Virus record (IMG/VR): IMGVR_UViG_3300029675_000009
Location: 1 to 61,888 of that record
Length of the DNA stretch: 61,888 bases
From: a virus
Direction: 5' to 3' (one strand)
Position numbers and translations under genes: made by a program
Notes under the pieces: generated by a model
Seen by the model: the letters and a program-made list of their open reading frames with translations, nothing else
Told to the model about the DNA's origin: nothing
Databases searched by the model: none
Shown: positions 14,233-23,075 of the stretch, piece after piece
Position numbering within the stretch: the stretch's first letter is position 1
Layout of the letters: every line of letters starts with the position of its first letter

Positions 14233-14486
14233 ATACGCTTACCCAACGTCAGCAAACCATCCGTATCAACCGCCTATCCAAGGAGAACGACCAGCTCGCC
14301 AAGGAACTTGAGCACGTGAGGAACCAACTCAAATGGTCACGCATCACGTCATCGCAAGAGACGGAGCTAAAGAACTCATGTTTCTTCTTCATGATGTCCA
14401 AAGGGCTATTCACCGAATGGCACGAGTGGCACGACAGGAGGATAACTGAGAGGTTGATGGACGAGATCAAGAGGACTATCAAATAG
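14229..14486 (+). CDS. Hypothetical coiled-coil protein
   Basis: ORF track, 85 aa. ATGA overlap with the upstream gene. Confidence 0.55.
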   Translation: MNTLTQRQQTIRINRLSKENDQLAKELEHVRNQLKWSRITSSQETELKNSCFFFMMSKGLFTEWHEWHDRRITERLMDEIKRTIK

Positions 14487-14601
14487 CCCTACCCTACTCA
14501 CGTATTAAGATTTTAAAAGCCCCGGTTCCGGCCGGGGAGTATATTGTATTGTCTAAAAAAATAAAATCATATAGAAATGGTACATTTAAAAAGAAATAAG
14601 C

Positions 14602-15390
14602 ATGGGACGAAATAGAAGGAACGGTCTTGACTATTTCCCTTTTGATGTTGACCTATTCCAAGACATTCGCATCAGAAAGTTGATCAAGTATCAAAGTGGT
14701 AAAGCTATAACAGTATATGCTCTCCTGCTATGTATTATCTACAAGGATGGGTACTACGTGAGGTGGGACAAAGAGTTGCCTTTCATTATATCGGAGCAGA
14801 CCGGGTTTGAAGAGGCGTATATACTGGAGGTGATTAATAGCTGCTTGAAACTGGGATTATTTAATAATGAATTGTATGCGTCAGACGGAATTTTGACTTC
14901 AAAAGGAATACAGGAAAGATATAAAAAGATATGTGATTTGTGTCGAAGAAATAGTGAAATCTCCGAGTTTTCCCTAATTTCTTCAGAAGATAATGCTATT
15001 TCTTCAGAAGAAAAGCATATAAACTCCGAAGAAACGGCTATAAACTCCGCAAAAAGTACACAAAGTAAAGAAAAGAAAAGTAAAGAAAAAGAAATATTAA
15101 AGAAAGAACCCCCTAAAGGGGGTGAGAAAGAAAAAATGAAAGTCGAGAATGAGGAGTTGACGGACGAGTTCAAGAACTTCTTGGATTGGGTCGACAAAGA
15201 GACCCCATGCTTGAAGAAAATCCAACGTCAAATCACGCAAAAAGAGTACTACAAGATGAAAGAGAAGTATAACAAGAAGCAGATAACGGACGTGCTTACG
15301 AAAATAGACAACTACAAGGACGCTCCTAAGAAATACACATCCGTATATCGTACCTTCCTAGATTGGGCGAGAAAGGATTATGGTGGATAA
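14602..15390 (+). CDS. Replication initiation protein candidate (DUF4373 / Lin1244-like N-terminal domain)
   Basis: The N terminus GLDYFPFDVDLFQDIRIRKL...YALLLCIIYKDGYY resembles DUF4373. The gene lies directly upstream of and overlaps dnaB. Confidence 0.65.
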   Translation: MGRNRRNGLDYFPFDVDLFQDIRIRKLIKYQSGKAITVYALLLCIIYKDGYYVRWDKELPFIISEQTGFEEAYILEVINSCLKLGLFNNELYASDGILTSKGIQERYKKICDLCRRNSEISEFSLISSEDNAISSEEKHINSEETAINSAKSTQSKEKKSKEKEILKKEPPKGGEKEKMKVENEELTDEFKNFLDWVDKETPCLKKIQRQITQKEYYKMKEKYNKKQITDVLTKIDNYKDAPKKYTSVYRTFLDWARKDYGG

Positions 15391-16729
15391 CAGGGTAATG
15401 CCTAACGACATCGAGGCCGAGAGACTTGTGTTAGGCACGATAATGACGGAAAGAAACGCTCTTGACGAGGTGAGGGACATATTGACCCCATCATGCTTCT
15501 ACGACCCGTTCAACAAGTCCATATACGAGGCGATAACAAGGATTTCCGACAGGGGGGAGAGGGCTGACATGGTGACGGTAGCGAACGAGTTGATGAAATC
15601 AAGCGATAAGCCGGACATGTTCAAGCTAAGCCAGATATCATCATGCCTCACCTTCGACATCTACCAGCACGCCGCCTTGCTTCACGACAAGGAAAAGAGA
15701 AGGAGGTTCATAGAGATCGGGAACGAGCTTATATCGAGGGCTTATTCCGAGTCTGACGACATAGCTGACACGCTGACGGATACGGAGGAGAAATTGAAAA
15801 GCCTTTTCCAATCGTCAAGCGATAGCGTGTCCACGTTAAGTGACGCGATAAAGGAGGTATCAAACCAAATGTCGTTGAACGCTACCGACGGGAAGAAAAT
15901 GACCGGAACACCGACAGGGTTCAACGACATAGACAAGAGAAGCGGAGGTCTTCAAAAGTCAGACCTTATCGTGATAGCGGCGGACACATCGTCCGGAAAG
16001 ACATCGTTAGCCGTGGCTTTATCATTGTCCGCGGCGAAACACGGTGACGGGGTCGCCTTCTACTCCATGGAGATGAAGAAGGAGCAGATAGCCGCCCGCA
16101 TGATCTCGATAGAATCCGGAGTCCCGGCAAACGAGATCATGTACTCCCGCCTGCTACCAGAACAATTCAACATGATAGACATCGGGATAGGAAAGATCTA
16201 CGATAAGCCTGTTTATTTTGATGACAGGAGCACTTCTAACATAGACACGATACTTTCATCCATCCGTACGATGAAACTCAAATACGGTATATCTGGGGCG
16301 ATAGTGGATTACTTGCAAATATTGTCCGTGAATATGAGGGGAAGCAACACGGAGCAACAGATGGGAGAAGCGGCAAGGCGTTTGAAGAACCTAGCGAAAG
16401 ACCTTGATATTTGGATCATCGCACTATCGCAACTAAACAGGGATCAAATAAACCCAGTCCCGTCATTGGCGAGGTTGAGAGCCAGCGGACAGATAGCGGA
16501 GGCCGCAGACGTGGTAATGCTCATATACCGTCCGGAACTTTACGGGAAGTATTACTCTGACCCGTTCCAGAATTATCCGACTGAAGGAACGGCTATGATT
16601 GACATAGCGAAGGGAAGGAACATAGGCCTAGCCAAGTTCATCGTGAACTTTGACAAGAGGACAACTCACTTCACGGAATACGGAGATATGCCCGTGTTTA
16701 ACAGGCAAGATGAAGATGAACCATTTTAA
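15380..16729 (+). CDS. dnaB: Replicative DNA helicase (DnaB family)
   Basis: 449 aa. The N-terminal segment PNDIEAERLVLGTIM is DnaB-like. Walker A is AADTSSGKTS, and the RecA-like C-terminal domain contains IIALSQLNR. Confidence 0.9.
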   Translation: MVDNRVMPNDIEAERLVLGTIMTERNALDEVRDILTPSCFYDPFNKSIYEAITRISDRGERADMVTVANELMKSSDKPDMFKLSQISSCLTFDIYQHAALLHDKEKRRRFIEIGNELISRAYSESDDIADTLTDTEEKLKSLFQSSSDSVSTLSDAIKEVSNQMSLNATDGKKMTGTPTGFNDIDKRSGGLQKSDLIVIAADTSSGKTSLAVALSLSAAKHGDGVAFYSMEMKKEQIAARMISIESGVPANEIMYSRLLPEQFNMIDIGIGKIYDKPVYFDDRSTSNIDTILSSIRTMKLKYGISGAIVDYLQILSVNMRGSNTEQQMGEAARRLKNLAKDLDIWIIALSQLNRDQINPVPSLARLRASGQIAEAADVVMLIYRPELYGKYYSDPFQNYPTEGTAMIDIAKGRNIGLAKFIVNFDKRTTHFTEYGDMPVFNRQDEDEPF

Positions 16730-16739
16730 GAACAAGATC

Positions 16740-16976
16740 ATGGAAATAACAGACAGATTAAGGAACACCCCTACCGGGTTGATCGTGTTGGTAGGAGACA
16801 TGAAAATTGTCGTGGAAAAGTACAGGCCGTACTACAACGGGCAGAACAAGATCCCGTGCAGGGGATGCGTCTTCCGGGACGAGGGAGCAAGGTTTTGCGA
16901 ATACTCATCCGCTTGCATGGCCCATCTGAGGCCGGATCACGAGAGCGTGGTGTTCGCTAAAACAAACAAGGTTTAA
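16740..16976 (+). CDS. Hypothetical Cys-containing protein
   Basis: Internal ATG (MEITDRL...) of ORF 16650..16976, 11 nt after the dnaB stop. Confidence 0.5.
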   Translation: MEITDRLRNTPTGLIVLVGDMKIVVEKYRPYYNGQNKIPCRGCVFRDEGARFCEYSSACMAHLRPDHESVVFAKTNKV

Positions 16977-17038
16977 TCATTCCTCATAGTTGAAAGCTGC
17001 ATTCAGCTATGATGAGAGTAATCAAAATCAAAATAATC

Positions 17039-17545
17039 ATGAAACAATACAACGATTGGGAAGAGATTGACAAGGACACGAACGGCCTTGTCACCTCGCT
17101 AACCTACATGGTACTTTTCGTGAACGACCAAGTGTATAATTACACGATATCGCTCATGGAAGCCATAAGGAATAGCGAGCACTACAGGCATAACGCCAAA
17201 CGGACGGCCAACGCTATCGAAAGGGAGATAGACGCTTATAACACCAACATCTTCCGGATAGCCAAGGCTAACAAGGAGGCGTTAGCGGAGATAACGCAAA
17301 GCATGGAGGAGGACGTGCAGCCTCATATAGACCGGTATTACTACACGATCAGCCAGATATTGCTGGATCACGGGGTATCGGGCATGACGAACCGGATCGC
17401 CTCGCTGTCATCAACGATAAACATGCTGGCTCAGATGTCGAGGATCACGATAAGCGATTTCGGGGACAGGATGCGTAAGATAGTCCCGTTGGCCTACAAT
17501 CCCCTAGGCCTATCTGGCACTGGACAAGGTAGAGTACCTGAGTGA
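17039..17545 (+). CDS. Hypothetical protein (3' end possibly frameshifted into 17508..17687)
   Basis: ORF 17009..17545, with the likely start at ATG 17039 (MKQYND). Confidence 0.5.
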   Translation: MKQYNDWEEIDKDTNGLVTSLTYMVLFVNDQVYNYTISLMEAIRNSEHYRHNAKRTANAIEREIDAYNTNIFRIAKANKEALAEITQSMEEDVQPHIDRYYYTISQILLDHGVSGMTNRIASLSSTINMLAQMSRITISDFGDRMRKIVPLAYNPLGLSGTGQGRVPE

Positions 17546-17784
17546 CCGGTTATCAAGTGAGGTCACAGGAAAGGACGTGAGAATAAACTTAAATGAACAG
17601 CCCGGGATCGTGAAGGCGTTCACGGCGATAACGAATGCGATACTTGATCCGAGGGTGTTCAATAAGGCTTTTGAGAAAGCCGGGTGATTAACTATTTAAT
17701 CCAAATTGACATGAAATCGAAAATAAGAAAAACCGGGGAGATCGTTGATGTTTATTGATATGATAAATTCAAAGATAAAAAGAT

Positions 17785-18366
17785 ATGAATGAAATTATAA
17801 ATATACAAGGAACAACTTATGCTGTCACTCCTGATTTAAAAATAGTCAATGCTAGAACTGGCAAAGAAAACAGAAGTGTTAGCGTGTCTGTATTAATGGA
17901 TGATGGCATTAGGCATTGTATCAGACGTGAGCGTCTGATCTATGCGGCAAAGAATAATATCAATCCACTATCTATACCTAAAGGTATTATAATCAATAAA
18001 AACGGGGATGGGATGGATCGGTATGAGTTTTACAAAAAGCACAAGAAAGGAAGTATTAAGTGTAGATATCCGGCTGATGTTAAGGAGTACAGAAAGCTTA
18101 TTGATTGCATGGAGAAAAATACTCCTCCGTTGTTTATGTTTGATTATCTAAAGGAGATAGAAAGTTACTGCAAGTATCACTTGAGAGTATCGAATGAAGA
18201 AGCGTATGAGTTAGCAATAAGTGCCATTAGTGCAACAATTGATAATACAGTAAATGAGGTATTTCCGCAATCAATAATAGGATATATACAAGGTACTGCA
18301 AAAAAGATGCTTGCCGCAAGAATAAAATATAATAAAACTTTCATTACAAATTTGCTATATGAATAA
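17785..18366 (+). CDS. Hypothetical protein (AT-rich module)
   Basis: ORF track, 193 aa. Confidence 0.55.
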   Translation: MNEIINIQGTTYAVTPDLKIVNARTGKENRSVSVSVLMDDGIRHCIRRERLIYAAKNNINPLSIPKGIIINKNGDGMDRYEFYKKHKKGSIKCRYPADVKEYRKLIDCMEKNTPPLFMFDYLKEIESYCKYHLRVSNEEAYELAISAISATIDNTVNEVFPQSIIGYIQGTAKKMLAARIKYNKTFITNLLYE

Positions 18367-18934
18367 GGACGATTTATTTACTTGTTTTAAAATAGACGAT
18401 TTGAAAGATCTCCCTGACGCTGTATTGAATTTATTAGAAGGTGATTTGGATACTCGCAATAAAGTTTATGCAGAGTTGATACAACTGAACAATTACGACA
18501 TGTCTTTTGATTGGTTTCAAGGATTGTATGAAAACGAATTGTCGGAACGTAAGCAAAAAAAACAGGATTTCACCCCTAATTCTATTGGCGTGTTGTGCTC
18601 GGAATTGACAGGGCAATTGGGTTCTATACATGAACCTACAGCAGGTAACGGCTCTATGATTATTGCTGACTGGTGGCAACGTTGTAGCAAAAAAATGCCA
18701 TGGGAGCATTTCCCTTCACAAAATATGGTGACATGCTGGGAGTTGTCTGCAAGGTCAATACCTATATTGCTTCTTAATATGTCAATACGCGGCATAATGG
18801 GGTATGTTTATCATGGAGATGTATTGACCAAAGATATAAAGCAGAAATACGTACTTCTGAATAGAATTGACGATACTTTAGGTTTTTCTGAGATAATTAA
18901 AGTTGATATTAATACTAAAATAGTAGAAGTATGA
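18359..18934 (+). CDS. N6-adenine methyltransferase-like fragment (SAM-binding motif only)
   Basis: HEPTAGNGSM resembles motif I (D/E-P-x-x-G-x-G). CWELSARSIPILLLNMSIRGI resembles the HsdM-type E....A..N..L.G segment. No NPPY/F motif is present before the stop. Confidence 0.5.
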   Translation: MNKDDLFTCFKIDDLKDLPDAVLNLLEGDLDTRNKVYAELIQLNNYDMSFDWFQGLYENELSERKQKKQDFTPNSIGVLCSELTGQLGSIHEPTAGNGSMIIADWWQRCSKKMPWEHFPSQNMVTCWELSARSIPILLLNMSIRGIMGYVYHGDVLTKDIKQKYVLLNRIDDTLGFSEIIKVDINTKIVEV

Positions 18935-19890
18935 AATTAAATGATGTATATAACGAATGGCTGCCTGTTAAAAGAAGGCAAGTTAAGGGATCAACGCTAA
19001 GCTGTTATCAGCTCATATATCTGAATATGCTTGCTCCCCGGTTTGGTAATACAGACGTAGAAAATATGGGGAAAAAGGTTGTTACAGCATTTATCTATGA
19101 ACTTCTTGATTCTGGGACTAAGTCGAAAAAGTACTGTTCGGATATTCTGATCGTCATAAAGATGCTTATTCGCTTTGCCGGTGACGAATTGAATATCGAT
19201 GTCCCCGACACCACATGGAAGGTTATTTGGCCAACCAATAATAAAGTTGTCACACCCAAATTAGAGCGCTATACGCCTGAAGAATACCGTAAAATAGTGA
19301 GTTATGTTATGGATAATCCATCCCCCCGCAATTTAGGCATTTTATTGACTATATGTACCGGTATGAGGATAGGCGAAGTTTGTGCATTGCAATGGCATGA
19401 TGTAGATCTTGTTGGCAAGGTAATTCACGTTAATAAAACGATAGAACGCATATATCTCCCTGAGAATATCGGTACCGACAAGAAAAAGACAGTGGTAGAG
19501 ATAGGATCTCCTAAAACTAATTCATCAGACAGGTACATACCAATTCTTAAGGACATTTTCCCTATTGTTAAGAAGTTCTCAACCGTATGCAACCCCGAGT
19601 ATTATGTCTGTTCCTGCTCTGAGGGGTTTGTAGAACCACGCACTTTTCGTGCCTATTACAGGACATTTATTCTTGAAAAAGTAAAGTTGGATCATTGCAT
19701 TAAATTTCATGGGCTACGTCACACTTTCGCAAGTACACTGATAGAAAACAAAGTCGATGTAAAAACAGTCTCTACTATACTTGGACACTCGAATATAAGT
19801 ACAACTCTTAATGTGTATACCCATCCATCGGATGAAGCAAAAAAAGAAGCTGTTAATGGCTTAAAAAAAATGTTCAGAAATAATTCATAA
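18931..19890 (+). CDS. Second tyrosine recombinase (XerC/D / phage-integrase family)
   Basis: 319 aa. An SAM-like N-terminal domain is followed by GMRIGEVCALQWHDVDL (R), HGLRHTFAS (HxxR) and GHSNISTTLNVYTH (H..Y). Confidence 0.85.
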   Translation: MKLNDVYNEWLPVKRRQVKGSTLSCYQLIYLNMLAPRFGNTDVENMGKKVVTAFIYELLDSGTKSKKYCSDILIVIKMLIRFAGDELNIDVPDTTWKVIWPTNNKVVTPKLERYTPEEYRKIVSYVMDNPSPRNLGILLTICTGMRIGEVCALQWHDVDLVGKVIHVNKTIERIYLPENIGTDKKKTVVEIGSPKTNSSDRYIPILKDIFPIVKKFSTVCNPEYYVCSCSEGFVEPRTFRAYYRTFILEKVKLDHCIKFHGLRHTFASTLIENKVDVKTVSTILGHSNISTTLNVYTHPSDEAKKEAVNGLKKMFRNNS

Positions 19891-20025
19891 TATAAAAAAA
19901 GTATGAAAACATACAGTTATGGAATAAAAGAAAATTTCTAGGTGACAGCAGGTGAAGAACTAATAATCTATCCGGGGCGTTCCTTTCATGGGATGCCCCT
20001 TTAAATCAACAAGAGAAAAATTAGC

Positions 20026-20172
20026 ATGAGAAATAAAGAACTAATCGCTCTATTACAAGAGCAAGACCCGGAAGCGGAGGTCATTATAGAAACATCCGAT
20101 AACTATACCTACGATATAGTGGACGTTACGTTTGAGGAACAAATTGAGTGCGTGGTTATTCATGAGGGATAG
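20026..20172 (+). CDS. Possible small acidic protein (48 aa)
   Basis: The ATG-started ORF reads MRNKELIALLQEQDPEAEVIIETSDNYTYDIVDVTFEEQIECVVIHEG and is below the cutoff. Confidence 0.35.
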   Translation: MRNKELIALLQEQDPEAEVIIETSDNYTYDIVDVTFEEQIECVVIHEG

Positions 20173-20174
20173 AT

Positions 20175-20486
20175 ATGGAAGAGGAAATAAAAAAATGTCC
20201 CGAGTTTCCCTTTTTCGGCGCATCTTATCCAGACGCAATATGCTGTGACGGCTATCTATGGGATCTTGACTCATATGATAGCGAGGTTGGGGGATTGACC
20301 ATAGGCGGGGATGTCCCCTGCCCTTTCTGCAAGACCGATGAGTTTATAGAGTACGATCCTTTTGGTTTATTATACGTAGGGGATGACAAGGAGAAAACTC
20401 GTGAATGGTACTTATCTTACATTGATAAATTGAGGGAAAGATATGGCTCATTGGGCAGACCGGAAGGAACTTTACATGAGCTGTGA
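20175..20486 (+). CDS. Hypothetical Cys-rich protein
   Basis: ORF track, 103 aa. Confidence 0.55.
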   Translation: MEEEIKKCPEFPFFGASYPDAICCDGYLWDLDSYDSEVGGLTIGGDVPCPFCKTDEFIEYDPFGLLYVGDDKEKTREWYLSYIDKLRERYGSLGRPEGTLHEL

Positions 20487-20551
20487 GTTTAAAGATTTCA
20501 CCCCGAGAAAAGGTTTTAAATGTAAAGAATATTTTAACAACGAATTATAAT

Positions 20552-21169
20552 ATGAATCAAATTTGCACGAATAAATCACAATCATCCCGGCTATTAGAGG
20601 CCGGGGTGAGACCGGAGACGGCGGACATGTCGTATCACTTTACGAGAAGCAGAGTGCCTGCGCTGGAGTGGGAACTACAAACGAAACCGCCTACATTGAG
20701 AGGTAGGTTTTGGACACCGCAAAGAATAGCTAAACTTGCAAAGCCTTTTCACAAACATTCTGATGGTACACACATGACGGGGGAAGAAGTGTTTGACCAT
20801 CTATGGGGTAAGGATATCCCGGCTTGGTCTCTATCCAAGCTGATAGAGATGTTACCTACAAATATTAATGGGTATATTTTGAGTGTAGACTTCGAAAATA
20901 AAGGGGTGGAATATTCAATGACTAATTTTTGCGATAGACTTGACTATCTTTATATTAAAGGTTTCGAAAACCTATTTGATGGTATAATTGATTGCATCGA
21001 ATGGCTTATCAAGGAAGGATACCTTGACAATAAATTATGCGGCGATTGCCGACTTATCGAGTATGAAGACGCTAACGGGGAAGATTGGTGTGCCTTCCAT
21101 CAAAAGCCGGTAAGGTGCGATAGCAAGGCTTGTAAGGATATTTTAGAGAAAGGAGTACAAAATGCGTGA
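20552..21169 (+). CDS. Hypothetical protein
   Basis: ORF 20483..21169 (GTG start). The first ATG is at 20552 (MNQICT). Confidence 0.55.
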   Translation: MNQICTNKSQSSRLLEAGVRPETADMSYHFTRSRVPALEWELQTKPPTLRGRFWTPQRIAKLAKPFHKHSDGTHMTGEEVFDHLWGKDIPAWSLSKLIEMLPTNINGYILSVDFENKGVEYSMTNFCDRLDYLYIKGFENLFDGIIDCIEWLIKEGYLDNKLCGDCRLIEYEDANGEDWCAFHQKPVRCDSKACKDILEKGVQNA

Positions 21170-21584
21170 GATTAAATTCAGGGGGAAAGACATTGAGAAC
21201 GATAATCTGTGGCGTTACGGGTCATTGATAACCTATCCGAGCGGATGCACCTCGATAATAGAGTTTGACAAGTTTGGGAACGAGCTAAACTATGACGTGG
21301 ATCTTGACACCGTAGGCCAGTTCACAGGCCTAAAAGACAAGAGCGGAAAGGAGATTTACGAGGGGGACATTATCAGCGTGAATGGCAAATATCCTAAATT
21401 GATTAGGTACATAGATGAATGGGCGAGTTATTGCTTGGCTAATCTTACAGATTTGGACTGTGATCTTAAAACTCGTTATTGGCAGCAAGTTAGTCCTTGC
21501 TGGTGGACTGATTATAAAAGAGAAATTAAAGTAATAGGTAATGTTTATGATAATCTAGAATTGGTAAAAGGAGGTGAAAAATGA
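21162..21584 (+). CDS. YopX-family protein
   Basis: The pattern is MREIKFRGK...VGQFTGLKDKSGKEIYEGDII...IGNVYDN. Confidence 0.75.
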   Translation: MREIKFRGKDIENDNLWRYGSLITYPSGCTSIIEFDKFGNELNYDVDLDTVGQFTGLKDKSGKEIYEGDIISVNGKYPKLIRYIDEWASYCLANLTDLDCDLKTRYWQQVSPCWWTDYKREIKVIGNVYDNLELVKGGEK

Positions 21585-22024
21585 AAGCAATAACCATCAA
21601 ACAACCGTGGGCCTCCTTGATAGTCCACGGTATCAAAGACATTGAGAATCGTACTTGGAGAACTAACTATCGTGGACGTGTGCTTATTCATGCTGCCGGT
21701 TCTCATGGTAAAAAGTTTAGCGTCGATTTAACTGATGCCCAAATGAAGGCTGCATTTGGTACGATTGCTAAAGAAACAATGTTTGGTAATCTGCCTTTTG
21801 GTACAATCATTGGCAGCGTAGAGATTGTGGATTGCGTAGTAAATCATTCATCCATTTGGGCAGAGAAAACAGAAAACTACACAGTCGGCATGAATCCTAA
21901 ACTGCATGAGAATATTACAGGCAGAAAGGTTGTCTATAATTGGGTATTGGCAAACCCTGTAATGTTTGACAAGCCGATAACAGGCGTGAAAGGCAAGCTT
22001 TCGTTTTGGGAATTTAAACAATAA
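21581..22024 (+). CDS. ASCH domain protein
   Basis: MKAITIKQPWASLIVHGIKDIENRTW is a typical ASCH/PUA-like N terminus. Confidence 0.75.
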   Translation: MKAITIKQPWASLIVHGIKDIENRTWRTNYRGRVLIHAAGSHGKKFSVDLTDAQMKAAFGTIAKETMFGNLPFGTIIGSVEIVDCVVNHSSIWAEKTENYTVGMNPKLHENITGRKVVYNWVLANPVMFDKPITGVKGKLSFWEFKQ

Positions 22025-22032
22025 GTATTTCA

Positions 22033-22329
22033 ATGGAAAGAAATATTGATAAGAGACAGACGGTAGAAGAAGCGGCTCATTTCTTCGCTGAAAGCAGGAG
22101 TAGCGGTAGTGCATTCCCGGCGTATTATCAGGGATTTATAGCAGGTGCCGAATGGGGAATGGCAGAAGCTATTAATGCTCACTGGAAAAGTTGTCCAAAC
22201 CTCTCTAAAGACAATGATCGAATGTGCAATCAAATGAATGATTGCAATCAGAATTGCGAGTACATGAGGTCTTTTATTAGACTATTAAGAGGAATAGTAT
22301 TAACCGAGCCTTCCCGTGAAGGCTCTTAA
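22033..22329 (+). CDS. Hypothetical protein
   Basis: ORF track, 98 aa. Confidence 0.5.
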   Translation: MERNIDKRQTVEEAAHFFAESRSSGSAFPAYYQGFIAGAEWGMAEAINAHWKSCPNLSKDNDRMCNQMNDCNQNCEYMRSFIRLLRGIVLTEPSREGS

Positions 22330-22352
22330 TTAAAAAGATATGAAAATATCGC

Positions 22353-22530
22353 TTGCTTTTCCAGGAAAATTCGTAAGTTTGCGGCGCGAAGATTACACAT
22401 AGGCACCGCAAGCGAGTGGTCCAGTAGAGAATGAGAGAAGTATAAGCAGCTCCCATAATCCGTTCATGTATCTCTACGATATGTGTGGTCTTCGCAAACT
22501 AGGATTATGAGGGGTTGCTCTTTTTTTTTA
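22353..22530 (+). promoter_or_regulatory. Promoter plus structured leader, cassette 2 (P1, then a P2 terminator with U9)
   Basis: TAAGTTTG is at 22374-22381. P1 pairs 22386-22401 with 22480-22495. P2 pairs 22445-22461 with 22502-22519 and is followed by C plus T9 (22521-22529). Confidence 0.65.
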
Positions 22531-22551
22531 TTCATCTAATGCGAAGACCAG

Positions 22552-22770
22552 ATGAAGCAAACGATTCAAGCCACCGGTACGCCCGTACCTGTGTCCGTAA
22601 GAGCCGGAAAGTTCTTTTCGTGGCGAAATGTCGCCAAAGTGTTTAACGTATTACCGTTCGGTGTATGCGAGTGTGAAAGCGTTGACGATGCCAAGGGCTA
22701 TGTCAAGGCGTTGATCTTACTGATATTCGCATTCCTTATAGCTGGGATGGAGAAAGGAGGTGCGCAATGA
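22552..22770 (+). CDS. Small C-terminally TM-anchored protein (paralog of 14002..14232)
   Basis: ORF track, 72 aa. The C-terminal segment is GYVKALILLIFAFLIAGMEKGGAQ. Confidence 0.6.
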   Translation: MKQTIQATGTPVPVSVRAGKFFSWRNVAKVFNVLPFGVCECESVDDAKGYVKALILLIFAFLIAGMEKGGAQ

Positions 22771-22976
22771 TCGATAAGATTCATTTCGACCTGTCTGGTC
22801 TTGATGATTTCTTTTCCAAGGTCATCACTCCGGATGAGTTATGAGAGTCTTTAATAGACCTGCTGTTTAATTACTCCATGACCATGAATGAGGAACGTTC
22901 CGAGACTTTCAAGGATGATGTCGGGACAATATATCTACTTTACAGCGAGTTAAGAAAATTAAAATCAATCAGTTAA
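22767..22976 (+). CDS. 70-codon reading frame interrupted by one in-frame TGA (22842-22844)
   Basis: MIDKIHFDLSGLDDFFSKVITPDEL-TGA-ESLIDLLFNYSMTMNEERSETFKDDVGTIYLLYSELRKLKSIS is in the same frame throughout. ATG 22767 overlaps the upstream stop. Confidence 0.3.
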
Positions 22977-23075
22977 ATCATTAATCACTTTGTAAAAGGG
23001 GGGGCGTTTTACCGCCCCTCACTGTAAATCAGCGTTAAAAATTATTTTGTCAGAAATTTAAAAGACTTACGTATT

